DNA of 64,000 nt from Azolla caroliniana (lineage: Eukaryota > Plantae > Polypodiophyta). The DNA lies in assembly GCA_043228905.1 (NCBI GenBank), contig JBHGNT010000017.1:16120001-16184000 (forward strand). Reading direction: 5' to 3'. Position 1 is the first letter of the stretch, and each line of letters begins with the position of its first letter. Of the stretch, positions 11,939 through 26,500 are shown piece by piece. The position numbers and the translations under genes are program-made. The notes under the pieces are model-generated. The model searched no databases, was not told the origin of the DNA, and saw nothing but the letters and a program-made list of their open reading frames with translations.

Positions 11939-14900
11939 ATGCCTCTCATCTCTCACCACCACCACCACCATCATCCTCCCCTTTCTCTCTCCTCCCTCTC
12001 TGCATTCTCCTTCAAGGCATCATCGCCCACCTCTGCATCTCCCCCCTCCTATGGCGTCCATACCCCTTTGTGCAATCACAGCCATCCTCTAGAGGTATGC
12101 TTCTGAATCCAATTCGCCTCCTCCTTTCGTCTTCTAAACTTACTTCTTGAGGTTTTTGCATAGTTTAACCTCAAAAATGTGGATCTCTGAAGTGTTTGCG
12201 CTCTGTTTTCTTTTCTGAATTCGTTCAGATCGTTGCAACACACAAAACAGAAGAGCAACCGAGTTCATGGGGGCGGCGAGAAATCCTGATAGGGATCAAT
12301 GCAACTACAATCACGGTACCGTTTCGCTAATTCTTTTGAAACTCATTCCAAAAGTTTATGCTTTTGATCTGTAATAGGTTTTTTTTTTTACGCATTTATT
12401 ATTTACTTTGGGCTCTCAGGCGACCTTTTGGAATCCCATGTTTACCATCGAAACTGCAAATGCAGCTGACTTGACACAAAGAATACAAAGGAGCAAATTT
12501 TTGGGTACACATATCGATATATCTATATATATATATATATTATGCATGTTTGTATGTAAGTATGTCTGTGTGTGTACATGTATGCATGATCAAATCAATG
12601 AACCTATCACTTCATGTAATTACTGCAAAAGATATTGATATGTAGTGCCTTTTTTGTTCCATACTGCAACATCTAATCAACTATGTATGTGTGTCTGTGA
12701 CTGAGAGTAGGATATGGAGTGGTTATGATGCATAATCACCTTCCGAAATGATGAATACGGTACAAACACCAGGCAAAGAAGAGGATATGAGATATTCTCT
12801 GCAATAGAAGTGATAACTGTAGTATAACCTTGAGGAAATTCTTAATCTCTTGTATTAAATAGGTCAAAGGTGTCTTCTTGTATGTCATTTTATGCTTCAC
12901 ATGCATTCAACCAATACTGTGTGTGTGTGTGTGTGTGTGTAGTGTTCGGGTTATATATGCTTACTTGTATGTACCTGTGCTGTGCTCATGCAGATAGCAT
13001 ACGAGAAAAACTCCGGGTCTTTGTGAAGGTAAGATAATGTGAAACGTTTCGGTACGTGAAGGCAAACTGTGCTATCATAGCAAAGCGAAAATTCTTTCTG
13101 CCTCATTTTGTTGCCAGCTAGTTATGAAATGCTACAAGGTGATAGAATGCAATTAAACAAGGCGACTTTTCAACATTGTAGGAAAATCAGAATCTCATTC
13201 CATTGCTTCTGCAACTAGCATTAAACGATGCAATAACATATGACAAGGTTATGGATAAACATCATTTTAACAAAAGACATAATTTCCAATTGTTTATATT
13301 AAGTTTCTATTCTAAATTCTAATTTTGTTTATTTTCTGTCAGGAATCAAAATCTGGTGGGGCTAATGGATCAATCCGATTCAGGTATATTTACTTCATTT
13401 TTCAAGCAAAATATTATGTGTTGTGAGATAAGCTGGAGTTTTCTTGTGGGTTTATGTTGTACAGTTCAGAGTTAGACCGTCCTGAAAACAAAGGATTAGC
13501 CACTGCAGTACAGTTTTTAGAGACTTTGAAGAAGGACATAGATGCAGATGCAAAAGGAGGACCAATCACATGGGCTGACTTATTTCAATTATCAGGTTAA
13601 CCTTAACAATATTGTTTTTCATTGTTCCAAATTCCAATTCGATTGTTGTTTATTCACTTGGTATCTATCCAATATGATAAAACTCTTTTTGTAAAAAGGG
13701 AATTTGTTCCATTTTCAGCACAATCAGCATTGAAGAGGACTTTCCTTGAATCTGCGATAAAAAAGTGTGGTGGCAATGTACAGAAAGGAGAGACTATGTA
13801 CACAGCATATGGCTCTAGTGGACAGGTTTCTTGGGACAATTTTTCTTTGAGTTAAAGAGAAATGCATTCTTTTTCATATTCAAGTGATTTGTATAACCTA
13901 TGATTGTTCTCTATGCTTTCCAGTGGGGGCAGTTTGATAAACAACTTGGTCGATCTGATACAGACTCCCCAGATCCCGAAGGGAAAGTGCTTTTGTGGGA
14001 AGAATCATCAGTTGCTGATATAAAAGCGCGGTTTGATCAATTAGGTTTCAAGCCCAGACAGGTGCTCCTTTTCATCAGTCTAAAAGAATTTTTTCATTAT
14101 ATTTTTGCAGCCCATTATGCTTTGTACAAAGAAACCAGTTGTGTGGGAAAGACTTTTGCTTCCATGTGATCACCCTTGAGAGCTGAAAGTTTGTGTTGCT
14201 GTGTGCTCGACTTTTTCCTCACGCAGCTTTTAAAGATGTATACTCATTGGGCATGCACAAAAACTATCTATAGCATGAGCTAAAAGGTATCTAATAATTC
14301 ATGATGGAGGACCACAGAGGCTCTAGCCTAAGTACAGATTTGAAGTTGCATTAACAAACACATTGTGTACATTACGGATAGAGAAGCGGGTCACTCTCAT
14401 AACAAAAACTCAAAACCTCCTGGTTTTGCTGATGACCTTTGGACCTAATTCCACATCGGTTGTTGCCATTAGTTAGTACATTTGAGCATTATGATGTAAC
14501 ATGGTCATTGGGCAGATACACTCCCAGTAAGAACCCACTACCAACTATATATTTGTTGACGGATCTGCAATCTACATGAACAGAGTTGACAAAGCTTTTT
14601 TCTCATAAAGATGTGCCATTGCTGCAACTCGAGAAGATATGAAGCCACCCAGGAGAGAATTAGTATTCCATTGACACAAAAGGTCTTGTATCATTTTGTA
14701 ATACTAGCCTCAATCAGTGTCATGTTTGAGACACATTCAGCTGATGCATTTGTAACTCTTTCTAGCTATTACAACTGTCAATCATATGTCTTTGGTTAAC
14801 ACTAAACAAGAAATTCAATTAAAGCATTGAATCAATGCTTTTTTTTGTTTCCACAGGTGGCTGTGTTGTCTGCGTTTCTGGGTCCTGATCAATTGGCCAC

Positions 14901-15353
14901 AGAGGCAAAGCTTGCAACTGATCCTGAATTTGCCCCTTGGGTAGAGAAGTACCAAAGGAGTCGACAGACGGTTTCCCAGACAGACTATGAAGTAAGATAC
15001 TATAACCTGGTTTTCAAAATGAAAGCATAATGTTAATGCTGTACTGTTCAATTATTGCTTTTAATACTTCTATATAAGCTAGTTTTATAATGAAACCATT
15101 AGCTCTCTTATGCTCCAAGTGTGTGTGTGTGTGTGTGTGTACATGTATAGAGAGATATAGATATAGATATTAGTTTTACAATGAAATATTTATGCATTAA
15201 CTCTAATCTATTCTAGTATATGCTTAGTTTTTTTGTATGTTTTTTTCTCAGGTGGACCTTATTACAACTTTTACTAGATTGAGTACCCTAGGCCAGACAA
15301 TAAATTATGAAGCATACACTTACGCTCCACCACGACTCAAACTCAAACTCTGA
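11939..15353 (+). CDS. TL29: Thylakoid lumenal 29 kDa protein (ascorbate peroxidase-like APX4), ~360 aa, 11 exons
   Basis: GT-AG exons 11939-12094, 12229-12315, 12420-12504, 12994-13028, 13182-13247, 13343-13383, 13465-13595, 13719-13825, 13924-14061, 14857-14991 and 15252-15353 give an open 1083-nt frame. Twin-Arg GRREIL, ANA|ADL cleavage site, LALNDAITYDK, GGANGSIRF, YGSSGQWG, VSQTDYEVDL, INYEAYTY. Confidence 0.93.
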
Positions 15354-17522
15354 AAACAGTTTTATCGACAATCTTCCGTTTTTGTAAAGGGCCAGAGTTT
15401 GGGGCCCACTACAAATGCACATCTCTCAATCAAAGTCTGTAAAAAAAAAGTTCTCCATGTCAACATTTAATATGCCTAAGTCAATGGATATATTTAACAA
15501 CTAATGAGGTAATGCAACAGACCTCTTAAGTGGTGCTTTAAAATTACTATGTACAAGGACCCACTGAAATCTAGCTATTAACCTGTAGCCATTAAAATAT
15601 GATAAAAATTAAAATAGTTAATGAATCCCAAGACAATGATGTATGTGGTTCACCATCGAATGTCAAGAGACTCTTCTATAGAGGAAGATGACTTTCCACC
15701 AAGACATAAGAGAATCGAGTTATCAAATAGCAGCCTGTACAATTAGTTGATGCATCTCATATCTCTTTCTGTTACCTTTACTAAAGACAAATATGTTGAA
15801 TGTGTGGTCCACCTCTATCCAAATGAGGGTCGAGAGGATCATTATGGTGTGGGAGAATTGGAAGTGTGATATATATTACCTATACTCAACGGACAAATCT
15901 TCTATACTGGAAGATTTTCCACCAAGAACTGACAGAACTGGGACATTACAATGCATTGTATACCATTATTGATGCATCTCATCTCTCTTTCTATTATCTT
16001 TATTAAAGGCCAAGATGTTGACTGTAACTTACGGAACATCATGCTAATCAGCATATTGTTCCTTAGACATCAAAAAGATAAGTAGCTCTCCTTGCAAACA
16101 AATTACAATTGTAGGACTAGGCTTGCCACAGCCAGAGACTACATGGATTGGAGGTATTAACCAGCAACCCAATATGAACAACCATCCACATGAACTATTG
16201 ATGGGAGAGCACGAAATCCTGTATATAAATGAAAGAAAAACCTGTGGGAAGTAATCCCTCGTTGGGCAATGTCTAGACGTGATAATGTCACACAGCCATT
16301 AATCATGTGTTAAGAGTATACATACGGTATACATATGGTATTGCACTTTTGTCATGTTTCTGCATTATGAGCAGAAAATTGTCTCTCAAACATCAGAAAC
16401 ATTTTTTTGGCAATTTTGACATGTGTTGCTATTAAGTATTGGTCTAAGAACAAGTTGCCGTCTTCAAAAAATGGCAGGAAAATATTGTTGAGGATCTTGC
16501 TTCTATCTTACATCATGTGCACATGGACACATTCACTCTACATACTGTTTCAGGTCTAGTAATTAGAATGGCCAACGTGTCTTAATCCCCTGCCCCCACT
16601 TTGCCATAGATCTTTAGTAAGTCCAGAGAGAGTTTATGTCAATATGAATCACTTGAATTCACTTGAGTTTGCCCAAGAATGGGTGGAAAATAATAACAAT
16701 CAAATGCACAATTATACAGTGACCAATATGAACTCTCTCATCACAACAATAGTGGGTGATAAACAAATGTAAAACATATCCCTGAACAGAAAAACAGTTT
16801 CAGAAATTATTCTAATTATTCGTTAAAACTAGGAAATAAATGCGAGTGCTTCTCCATTCATCTAAATTAACCATTACATATAAATTCTGCATAAATTTAT
16901 TGAAATCATAACTAAAACATGAATCTAAGGTCATATATAGTACCCTGATTGTTCTCAGCAATGATTTGCAGTCCCAGTAAGGGTCTTCCTCCCTTCTCCC
17001 AAATCATGCATAGCTTTGGTAGTCAATTAACAATTAGTATTCAATCGTTGCCAACACTCAGATATAGAAGAATTTAAGACACAATTCAAAATTTTGAACA
17101 ATCAATGAATGGTGTGCATTCTTCTAGCTCAAAAGTTTTATGATATGATATAACCTTCAATTAGGTGAAACGCATCTCCATCCACTTGCATTTTGATCAG
17201 AAACCATTGACTTAATATATATTTATATTTGCTTTTATCAAAGTTGACGGTATATATTGACATCTATTTGCACATTACTTATACATTCCTGAGTTGGCTT
17301 GAGAGACTGAAGGACACTTTGTAACAAAGGCCTAACTACTTACAAACTCAAGCTGTAGTCTTTGTTTGCTTGAGAGACTAGAGAACACTTTGTGACAAAG
17401 GTCTTTACACTTCACTGCAAGATTCAGAGCCTTGATCAAGATTGCATTGTGGCTATTGCAAATTACAAATACTCTTCTTATTTTATATTAATCTCGCATT
17501 ATTTGGAAGCTTTATGATTAAG

Positions 17523-20500
17523 CTATATGAGTACCCAATCAGACTCAAACTCTTCTAAATCGCAATCTGTGCTGGATAATTTGTCAAATAAACATGGATT
17601 TGAGTTACCATGTTCAAAAATGTTTCTCTGACTTGCACTAATGAACCACCGTGCTGATTGCTGCTCATCCTCATCATTACCTTCAAAAGCCAATATCGAC
17701 GCTCCCATGGAATTTTCACCCTAATAAAAAGAAATGGTTTTTTTACATAGAAGATAAAAAAATGACCAAAATTCTCTCAAACTCTGTTTAGGATAAAGGC
17801 TGCAGTGCAAGAGAATAGGATAAAAGCATCAAGGCATAAGGGCAAACTTACTTTGTACGGAGCAGGAGAGTTGGCAAGTTATCACTGTGAGATCCTTCAT
17901 ACTAGCTTAAAGTTTACAACAGGGAATTGTAATGGTTCATTGTGATCGGATATTCGCATCTTTGAGGAGAGTTATACAGGGAAATACATTTTCTATTCAG
18001 AGACAGTATCTGGTGATCCTCTTCTGGAAGTAACAGGAGACATGGGAGTTGACTTGGTCACAACAGACAGGGAGAAATCAGTATGGTGCTTCAGAGAGGA
18101 GTGACAAACTCTCACACACATGGTCCATAGAGTCGGCACTGCTCTATCCAAGTGGGCCAGAATGAGTAATAAGGGCTGATCTCTATACGTTACCATCTTT
18201 TTTGAGGAGAATCACAAAGGGAAATATGTTTTCAATTCAGAGGCAGCAGTACCTGGTGATCATCTTCTGAAAAGTGACAGGAGACATATGAGAGACGACT
18301 TGCAGACAACAGATACAGGAGAGAAGAGGGTCTGGTGGAGTTGCAGTGCTTAAGAAAGGAGTCAATAATGTAAATATTGTCTTCCATGATCTAATTTGTC
18401 AGAAGAAGAGGAACTTCCTTGCTCAGTTGGAGGGAGGGATTAACCAGATGTTTATAAGCAAGATCCCCGGAACACATAGAAAGTCATTGAGGGAACACTC
18501 TCTCCACCTGTCACCTCCATATATGGGAGCAATGTCCTGGATTAGAGCAGTGATCTCTACGAGATCCGTCAGCACCATGTTCCTCCACTTCTATTTTCTT
18601 CATTGCAGTGATTTGGCAGAGCTATTGACAGATTTCCAACAGAAAAGGCACAAGATCATGACGGAATAGCTGCAGAGAACTTCATACATGCCCTACACAT
18701 TATTGCACAGGTCCAAACATGAGGCCAATTAGCAGGATTTGGAAGTTTCAGAACTCCGTGAAACTTTCAGTTAGTAGAAGAATAATTACAGACTTCAAAT
18801 AGACTTTCAGAGCCTATGCATTCCACTATTGAGGTGAACGTCTGCTCACTCTGATGCCGAAGACTGGAAATATTATCTATTATGCCACTTGATTACGCAA
18901 GAGATCAATCTTATGAGAGATTAAGAGAGGAAATAAAAAAAGGAAATAGAAAACAAAAAAGAGTTGTGCACTTCTCTCATGATTGAATTCTCAAAAATCA
19001 AACTTAAAGCTCAAGGATAACATGGCGCAATACCTTGACGATGAAATACTCTCAAATAAGGTTGAATTAGTGGCTATAAAAGTTGATTTAGAAAAAAAGA
19101 CATAACACAATGGAAACGCAAATATGGGCAAAGATGGCCAAGGATGCCAAAGCTCAAGCTAAGCATGCTCAAAAAGAAATTAAAGTTAAGGTACATCAAT
19201 GGATAAGATGGAAATGATGATCGCCACATTTGAAGAAGAAGCCAAGAGGAAAGCTCATGCATTACATGTACAAGTGGTTAGTTGGGCTGAAAGAGGAAAC
19301 CCATAAGATGCCAAGAATCTCGGAACAAAGATCAGGGCATGCAGAGTGGCAAGAGATGAGTCTACAGCTAAATCCCTGATCATCCGCTTCATGTATATGG
19401 AAAAGAAAACAGCTTTCCTATCTAAAAGAAAGGCACTCAAGGGTGACAGAATATATTTAGATGATGATCTCATTCCAACTCTAGTGGCACCTTGCAAAAT
19501 AAACATGCCACAAGTGCTCGAGGCAAGAAAGGAAGGAAAACGGACTATATATAGAGATGGTAAGGTCGTTATTACGTAGAATGACGGTGTATGGCCTATG
19601 AGACCTTACGCATGTTTATATGGAATTGCAATGGCTCTCTAAGGACAGATGTCGGGTATTTTAACGATACCTTCAAAAACATATAGATTATGCTATGTAT
19701 ACAAAGACCCATCAATGCATGGCAAGTAAAGTCCCCGATGTACAAGGATATAGATGGGAGTCAATATGTCATCCCCAACTATGAACACCAAGAATCACTA
19801 GAGGCTCAAGAGGAGTAGTAGTGTTCTACAAAAAGGAGCTCCATGATAGAGTGCAGGTTGTGTATAAGGATGTAGATGCGCGTTATATGTGGATACAAAT
19901 CAAAAGAGGGGACCTTAGGGAATTATTTATTGCAATTTGTTACTTTCCACCAGCCTACTCAAGGTTTGCAACACCCTAAGAATCACCATATCTACCATTA
20001 TATGATGATATCATAAGATTTCTACTATGGGGACCAATACTATTATTAGAATTCAATCCACGAACTAAGGATGAACCAACAACTATCTTTGTTAACAACG
20101 AGCCTGTGTATGGAGAAGCTATGGCAGAATAGGTTGGTCTAAAGCAACTGACTTAACATACTAGTGAAATAACAGAATATGACCTTAGGGCCTTGGGAAG
20201 TGCACATGGATTTGTGATATATAATGCATTATCACACTTGCCCAGATCAGATGCTTTGACATGTTGGAACTCAAAAGGAGGTGTAAGCACAGTCGATTAC
20301 CTGATGGGATCTCCATCTCTTATACCTGAAATAATGAAGTTCACAGTATCTAGTAGACCTATTGTCTTGGCAGCCGATTGTGCACATATATGCTTTGAGA
20401 TGAAGGATGGATGCACAAGGGATGTATATGCTAAGAACAAGAGTTGGCTGGCTAAGTACCAATGCACTAGAGAGACAATTGATGTGTATAGTTGTGGAGT

Positions 20501-23500
20501 AAATAATGCCATGCCAGATTTGGATCCATTCGCACCCCTAGATGAACTTAACACTTTTGACACACATTGGAGGATGGATTCATCATCAGACCATCTTATA
20601 TGCACATACATCTATCATATGCACTCCACAGTGTGATAGGGCAGCTGTGAACTTCATCACATCAGTTTTAGATTGAGGTAGGCATATATGCATGAATACA
20701 TCTAGAAGAAAGAATTTTCCAATTGTGTCATTAGGGGGTGGAATCTGAAGAACACTATGTTTGTCACTACAGTGCTTTTTATAAAATAAGAGGGAGATAA
20801 CATTGCCTCTTTAAGCAAGGCTTTGGTCCACTACACAAGGTAATGGAATATGAGGACCAAAGGTGCTTCATTAGGGAGTGGAATCTGAAGAACACTATGT
20901 TTATCACTATAGTCCTTTTTATGAAATAAGAGGGAGACAAAGGTGCTTCATTAGGGAGTGGAATCTGAAGACCAGTATGTTTGTCAGTAGAGTGCATTTT
21001 ATGAAATAAGAGGAGATACCATTGCCTCTTTATGCAAGGCTTTGGTACACTACACAAGGTAATGGAATATCAGGACCAAAGGTGCTTGGGGATTTTTTTG
21101 GCTAGAACTCAAGAGACACATGGAAAAATTGTTGAAGGACAACACTACAGTCACAAGACCTCATCAACAAAGAACAATCACAACTTTCTTTAGCCCCATC
21201 ATTCCTGCTCATGCCACAAGTCAATCAAGGGCTACACAAATGGGCTCCTGACCAGGACGTAACTAAGGGGTTACAATGGATTTGGCAATAGCAATTTGTT
21301 GTGCACATATGCACTGGCCCCATGGACCACAACCTCAGCACCCTTGTCATCGATAGATAAAGGCCATTATCTCCTGCCATCGCAAGTGCTTCCCTCGCTT
21401 CAAAGACCGCTCCATTCTGGATAATACCCATGCTTGGGTGGTGCTAAACACAATCACTTTGGTTTTATCCATGTTTATTGACAAACCTTTGTCCGTACAA
21501 AAATAGTTTTAAGGCATTTAGATATCTTTGTAGTCCCTTTGGAGAGTCAGAAATTGGCACAATATCATCAGCATATAGTAATATTTGTATAGCTGTGCAT
21601 AAGACGGCTGAAAGACTAATTGAAGTCCGAAGAGTCACATTTTCAGAAGTCCCAGCTCTTCAAGATGGCCCAGCCCAGAACACAAGGTTGGCTTCACGGG
21701 TAGCCGAAACCCCCAGCACCGATTCGGATCATCCGGATTCAGCACAACCGAATGTTTCGGCTCCTAACCATCCAGCTTAGTTACCCGATCCGGCTAGCCC
21801 AGTCATGCCACGTAGATCAGAGAGGCATGCTCCCGAACCCCCAAATCTCTCTATGTAATGTGATACCTCATCTATATAGAGACCGAAGAGAGTGGGTGAT
21901 AGTGGGCATCCTTGCTTCACTCCAATTGTGCTAGCTACTCTGACAAACATTTGGAAGACTGCACTTTTCCTGACACGAATTCATAGAGTGCATACATTCC
22001 CCATTGCATTCTGTAGGAACACCAAGGGCTTCCAGCTGTTGCATAAGCCAAGCATGTGGCACAATGTCAAAAGCTTTTCGGAAATCCACAAAGGAGCAAT
22101 AAATCCTCTTATTATGGACTCTGCCCTCCTCGATAAGGGCTCGGAGGGTCAATATGTGATCCAAAGTTGTGAAACCCTTCCAAAAACCTGCCTGTCCAGC
22201 TGAACGGCAGCCATTCCACTCTGCCCATATACTCGATTTTGATTCTAGAATTGAGCCATGTAGTTTAACCAAGTAATGACCAATCATGATTGTCCTATAG
22301 TTGTTTGGCATCATGGGGTCTCCACTCTTAAGGATTGGCATAATGGTATCTAAGTTCATCTAATAGGGAAAACTTCACAAATGGCTCTATTAAATATGTG
22401 TGCTAGAAATGAGCAAAGTGTCACGGGCAAAGATAAAGTGCTCACCAACCAATCCATCATAATCTTGGGCTTTCCCAAATTGTAACCAATCAATAGTATT
22501 TCTTACATTTTGTGGAGTAAAACAGATGGATTCGTGTGAGCGTGAGCCATGTGGGTGGGGAGAAGGAGGTTGCCCTGGTATATCAATTAATGAAATGTTG
22601 TAGTTACATCATTGAAAGGGTTAGAACGCAAAAGAAAGAAAGAAAGATATATTAACGTCTTTTAAGAAGCCAAAATGGCCTATAAGACCAAACAAGAGAT
22701 TACATCTTAAGTGTCGTCTCATTTTTTAGAACAATAAATCAAAATAAAAATAAATATTACTCAGTAATTATAAAAGTATATAAGATAAAAAGAGAAAATG
22801 TAAAGAAATGAGAATGAATCTAAAGTGTTGCTTAGTAGAAAAGAAATACCATATGAAATGTGCATATCTTATCATGCCCAACTGTGCCATGTCAAACCTT
22901 TACTCTAAAAAAGCACCTATTTTTCAGGTTTGGAGTTCAACAATGTCCACTTGAAAAGGGTGAGAGAACTAAGAATAACCAGTTATTTTTCATGACCAAG
23001 GCCTATATAGCCCCTGTGGAATCAACGACTTCTACAAGGAGACTAGTTGATTCATACACTAGAAAGAAAGAAGAACGAAGGATATATTAACATCTTTTAA
23101 GAGGCCAAAATGGCCTATAAGACCAAACAAGAGATTACATCGTAAGTGTTGTCTTGTCTTTGAGAACAACAAATCAAAATAAAATACATATTACTCAGTA
23201 AATATAAAAGTAAATATGATAAAACGAGACGAAAGAATCTGGTTTTCGGCAAATGTGAGATGAAAGACAAAATGGCCAACCTTTTGCCCAGCAGGAAAAG
23301 CACATTACTATCATGATCCCGTTGAGAAAGAAATGTTTCTGATTTTCAACCCCTCTCAATTTGCTAGAAAAATTATCTCAATGTGGCTGCCCCTCATTTG
23401 TTCATGTAACCAATTTAAGCCCTTGAATATGTCATATTATTTATTTATCCAAATTCAGTAATTATTCAAAGTGACTAATCACCTTATTTTTCTAGGGTTT

Positions 23501-26500
23501 TTCATAAGTCTGGAAACCATGAGTGAACAGATACCCTAACCAATCAATAATCATGGAAACTTGCAAGTGGCCTCATGAGACAGCAACTGATATAAGGTAA
23601 CCGGCAAGTGCATGCAAACAGATAAACCCAGAAATAATCATGGCAACTTTTAAATGGCTACATGAGACTACTCATCTAGAGTCTTTGTTTGACAAAGTGA
23701 CTATGCTCAGACCATTTGAATTTTGCACAATAAGTTTGTATTCTTCTGTGGGAAACTAAAACCCATGCAAAACTCCAAAAAAGCAAGATACACTATAGAT
23801 GAATAAATTGTCACTTTCTAGGAAGAGATTTGAATTGCTTTGCAGTTCTATTTTTTCCCGTTGTTTTCGTTCATACTGCAAAAGCCTTTCTTCTTTAAGT
23901 ACTAGGGGTCATATCCAGCCTTGAATCCATAGATTTGACAGTGAAAGGTGCACCACTTGTGGCATATCACTATATATAGTGGGCCAGCCAGCTGCCACTA
24001 TTGTCACCCAAGATTAGGGTCTATGCTGCAGGTCAAACCTAAGGTGCCTACAATCAAAAAATGGGAAACTCTGCTGAAATCTGCATATATTCAGCTGGCA
24101 AACGGAGCTTAGAGTTTTGACTGGAAGTGCAAACTCACATGCATCCATAACTAATACTCCAAGATGTGGGTTTCAATTCAAGTCTTTCATCTGCTGGAAT
24201 CAGGTTGTAAAGTCTATTTTTAGTTAATGTTGTAAAATGCACAAATCTTAAGAGGATCTAAGCAAATGCAGATCCTTTTGTGACCCTCTATTTGCAAAGA
24301 GATGCATTGGGTATACATTTTATTCTAGATATGCATCCAATAAAGTTTTCCACGTTAATCAGCAACTTAAGAAGCAGAGTGGGGCCTAAGGAGAATAAGA
24401 AAAACATTAGATATTGTGATAAAGATTTAGATCACAATAGAAGAAAACAAACCTTCATGAATTCATGATGCTCATTTGATGAGATATGATTGAATGTGGG
24501 TACTGAATCATTTGCTTCCTCTAATTTCTTTCCTACTTGCTTCATGCTTTTTGTAGAACTATACATACACTTTACATCATCGCCCATCTCATGTACAGGG
24601 ATCTCTACATCTCTTCCCTTCCCATTACAAACATTCGAACCATATATATTATTCTCCATAAAAGTCTTTGAGTTGTTTTGCAAATAATCGGCTGTTTTTA
24701 ATTCTTTTTGTTGCATCATTAGTTGTGTGCTTCCCTCTTGACACCACATTCTATCTTCTCCTCGGTCCTCCATAACCTGTCGGTCTCTTCTGAAGATTTC
24801 ACATGTTGTGTTTATTTCAGACTCTTGTCTGCTGTCATACCATCTTCCAGAGTTTTCTTTTGTCAGATGTTTCTCATTTACATCCCCACAACAACCTCGA
24901 TAGCTGCCACTATGCTCTGGTTTGCTTACATCATTATGTTCTTGTTTTGATATACTTGCTTGATCTACAAATATGTTATCTCGCCCAGACTCTTCTAGAT
25001 ACAGCTCTATATCTTCCAACTTTTCAACGCTCTCAATAATAATACCTTCTGCAAACTTTTCTACATTCTTACTGACAACTTGACTAAACTTTTCTTCACT
25101 CATAATATTATTTACAATAACAAGCTGTTTTTCCACCTTGGCCTCGGTCAAGATTTTAGTTTCTGAATTGTCAATTTCTTTCTGTTCTGAAGTGATTCCT
25201 GCCATTTTCTCTTCCATCCTGGCTGAATCCATCACCATCTTGTGAGCTTCAATCTTATGAGCCTCTTGAATATTTTGAATGCAAATATCAAAGAGAAACA
25301 GTATCAGTCTCTCTAACATCTCAAAACCAAAATCAGAAAATTCTCACAAAAGCATGCACACATCATTTACATACAACTAATATTGCAAATATCTAGTAAT
25401 GAAGTTATAACTTTCAACCTTGTTATGTTGAATTATATGACCATCTTACTGGAAACATGCCCAAAGATATGCATATGCACACCAACACAATACATAATTC
25501 TGTGTATGTAAAATTCCTGTGTATCTATGTGTTTCTTCCTATAGGCAATGCGCACAAAACTCAGAAGCATACTATGCATATAAATGTGATAGTATAATAT
25601 GCTCAATGGTCACAAAAAAACAACCTTTTGTGCAAAATTTCTGAGACAAAGTTTAGAGAAAACCAACCATGCATGACGTTAGATGAAAGTCTTGATTATT
25701 AAGGCATAAATTTTCCTTCTTTTTTTTTATTCCGAGATTTATATTTGGAAAAAACTCATAACCTTAGAAATAACCTTAAAATATTGCCAATATTTTCAAG
25801 CAAAAAAAAAAAGAAAGATCTATTAATGTCTACTAGAGGCCCAAATCAGCCTATGAGACAAATTATGTTTAAAAATATGGGGGAATTCATTATTCATATC
25901 GAAGTAAAAATGAAAGCTCCAGGTTGCCTAAAGCTCCATGATAGATGGAATGAATTTGGAGATGGTTTACAAGCATGAGGTGCATAACTAACATGTATGA
26001 GTTGAATAGTAGTAGCTGGAAATCATGTCCAAGGTCACTTGGAGTAGTGGGGAAAAAGTTATAATGAAGTTCAACAAGTGCATTTGAGTGTCCTGATGCA
26101 GATCAGGCATTGCAAACAATCATCTCCATGATCTGGTGATGGTATGGCTCATGTGCCTTATATCCAGGCATCCTCTACTCTCTCTATGTGACTCCTTGGC
26201 ATGTTGTTCATGGAGGTGTAGAGCTATGGAGAAGAAATCAGTGTGATTGTCGTTGCATTCCGCATGCTAACATCAGGATTGATTCCCTATGCTTTTGACA
26301 CTTCAGCAAGATTTGGCCTAACTGTCATGGCCTCAATCTCGATCTCTCCTTCACGTAATTTGCGAAATCTTTCAGCTCTAAGTATACAAAGTGATCGTCC
26401 TTGGAACTAAACCCTAAGTGGAAGTAAACTCTAAGTTGGCATATTGCTTTGCGAGCATATAGCATGTAGAAGTCCAGGTACCTTAGTATCTGTATAAATT

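Noticed and set aside
13182-13247. Missing catalytic Arg/His (LALNDA) as a sign of pseudogenisation
   Set aside because: Established feature of non-catalytic TL29.
17852-18850. Additional coding exon of the minus-strand gene
   Set aside because: Stops lie immediately upstream of the donor in the required frame; the flanking exons already join in phase.
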